Origin: Candidatus Methylomirabilis sp.
GTDB lineage: Bacteria; Methylomirabilota; Methylomirabilia; Methylomirabilales; Methylomirabilaceae
Assembly (NCBI GenBank): GCA_041491025.1
Contig: JBGPUH010000001.1
Span: forward strand, 8,043-72,042
Length of the DNA stretch: 64,000 bases
Direction: 5' to 3'
The stretch's first letter is position 1. Every line of letters begins with the position of its first letter. Made by a program: the position numbers and the translations under genes. This document shows, piece after piece, positions 63,811 to 64,000 of the stretch. The notes under the pieces were generated by a model. It was not told where the DNA came from and ran no database searches. It saw only the letters and a list, made by a program, of their open reading frames with translations.

Positions 63811-63826
63811 AAGGGGATGATCACCC

Positions 63827-63937
63827 ATGGACTATCTCTGGTGGAGCGGATACGGTCTCTTCTTGCTCGTTGTGGCCGCCCTGGATCAGGCGCTGTCCGT
63901 GTGGCTCGAAGTCACGGGCGCACCCAGCGCGTTCTAA
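63827..63937 (+). CDS. 36 aa hydrophobic peptide
   Basis: Follows motif copy at 63783. Confidence 0.4.
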   Translation: MDYLWWSGYGLFLLVVAALDQALSVWLEVTGAPSAF

Positions 63938-64000
63938 CTATCCTGGCGCTTTCCCTTCAGATGGACACGGAGGACGTTCGATGGAGCGACACGAGTTTTT

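Larger units (their letters stand above)
36943..63811 (+). repeat. Dispersed tripartite motif G(A/C)AT(G/A)RRR-N5-G(C/T)CTG(C/T)-N5-(G/A)TGAA, at least 21 copies
   Basis: Starts at 36943, 37115, 38213, 42141, 52014, 52053, 52470, 53492, 53683, 54079, 54539, 54840, 56065, 56900, 57582, 60565, 61268, 61880, 62472, 63153, 63783; some have 6-7 nt spacers or 1-2 mismatches. Confidence 0.9.

Noticed and set aside
36943-63811. Tripartite motif as canonical sigma-54 promoter (TGG...TGC, with an NtrC-like gene present)
   Set aside because: The conserved TG pairs are 13 nt apart rather than the strict 12 of TGGCAC-N5-TTGC, the CAC is absent, and the third box is unexplained
52014-63811. Integron attC array or CRISPR array
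   Set aside because: No palindromic RYYYAAC/GTTRRRY structure, no integrase, irregular gene-sized spacing and variable internal positions
1-64000. Many long antisense or alternative-frame ORFs (e.g. 9916..10671, 21154..21909, 39495..40427, 47902..48798, 54810..55658)
   Set aside because: Shadows of well-supported genes in GC-rich DNA; no RBS or motifs
1-64000. Intact prophage
   Set aside because: Phage-type hypotheticals are present but no terminase, capsid, tail or lysis genes were recognised in this window

Overview
GC-rich 64 kb window that reads as the interior of a large mobile element (plasmid, ICE or phage-plasmid). I saw no housekeeping operon, rRNA, tRNA, virion genes or relaxase. 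Left arm (1-36.5 kb, almost all minus strand): Csu/SCPU-type pilin genes, an element-encoded sigma-70 factor, a D-Ala-D-Ala carboxypeptidase coupled to a degenerate LAGLIDADG protein, a 7.5 kb run of orphan lipoproteins, an HTH-less sigma-54 response regulator, a type IV pilus cluster (pilA-pilB-pilC-pilV-pilW-pilX) headed by a mosaic giant pilin, a resolvase remnant and a degenerate DUF3987 protein. Right arm (36.9-64 kb, mainly plus strand): a gp3-like recombination protein, ssb and many small paralogous hypotheticals, interrupted by a minus-strand block with a VirD4/TraD-like coupling ATPase, DUF6011, RNase HI-like, Mrr-like and an M/S restriction-modification pair. The main unexplained signal is a tripartite ~29 bp motif, G(A/C)AT(G/A)RRR-N5-G(C/T)CTG(C/T)-N5-(G/A)TGAA. 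It occurs in at least 21 co-oriented copies in the right arm, often starting at the previous stop codon and running into the next ribosome-binding site, which gives a cassette-like gene array. Second: a 53 bp piece of the Mrr nuclease gene is spliced in frame into the mosaic pilin 23 kb away. All family assignments are by eye from motifs; no database search was run.
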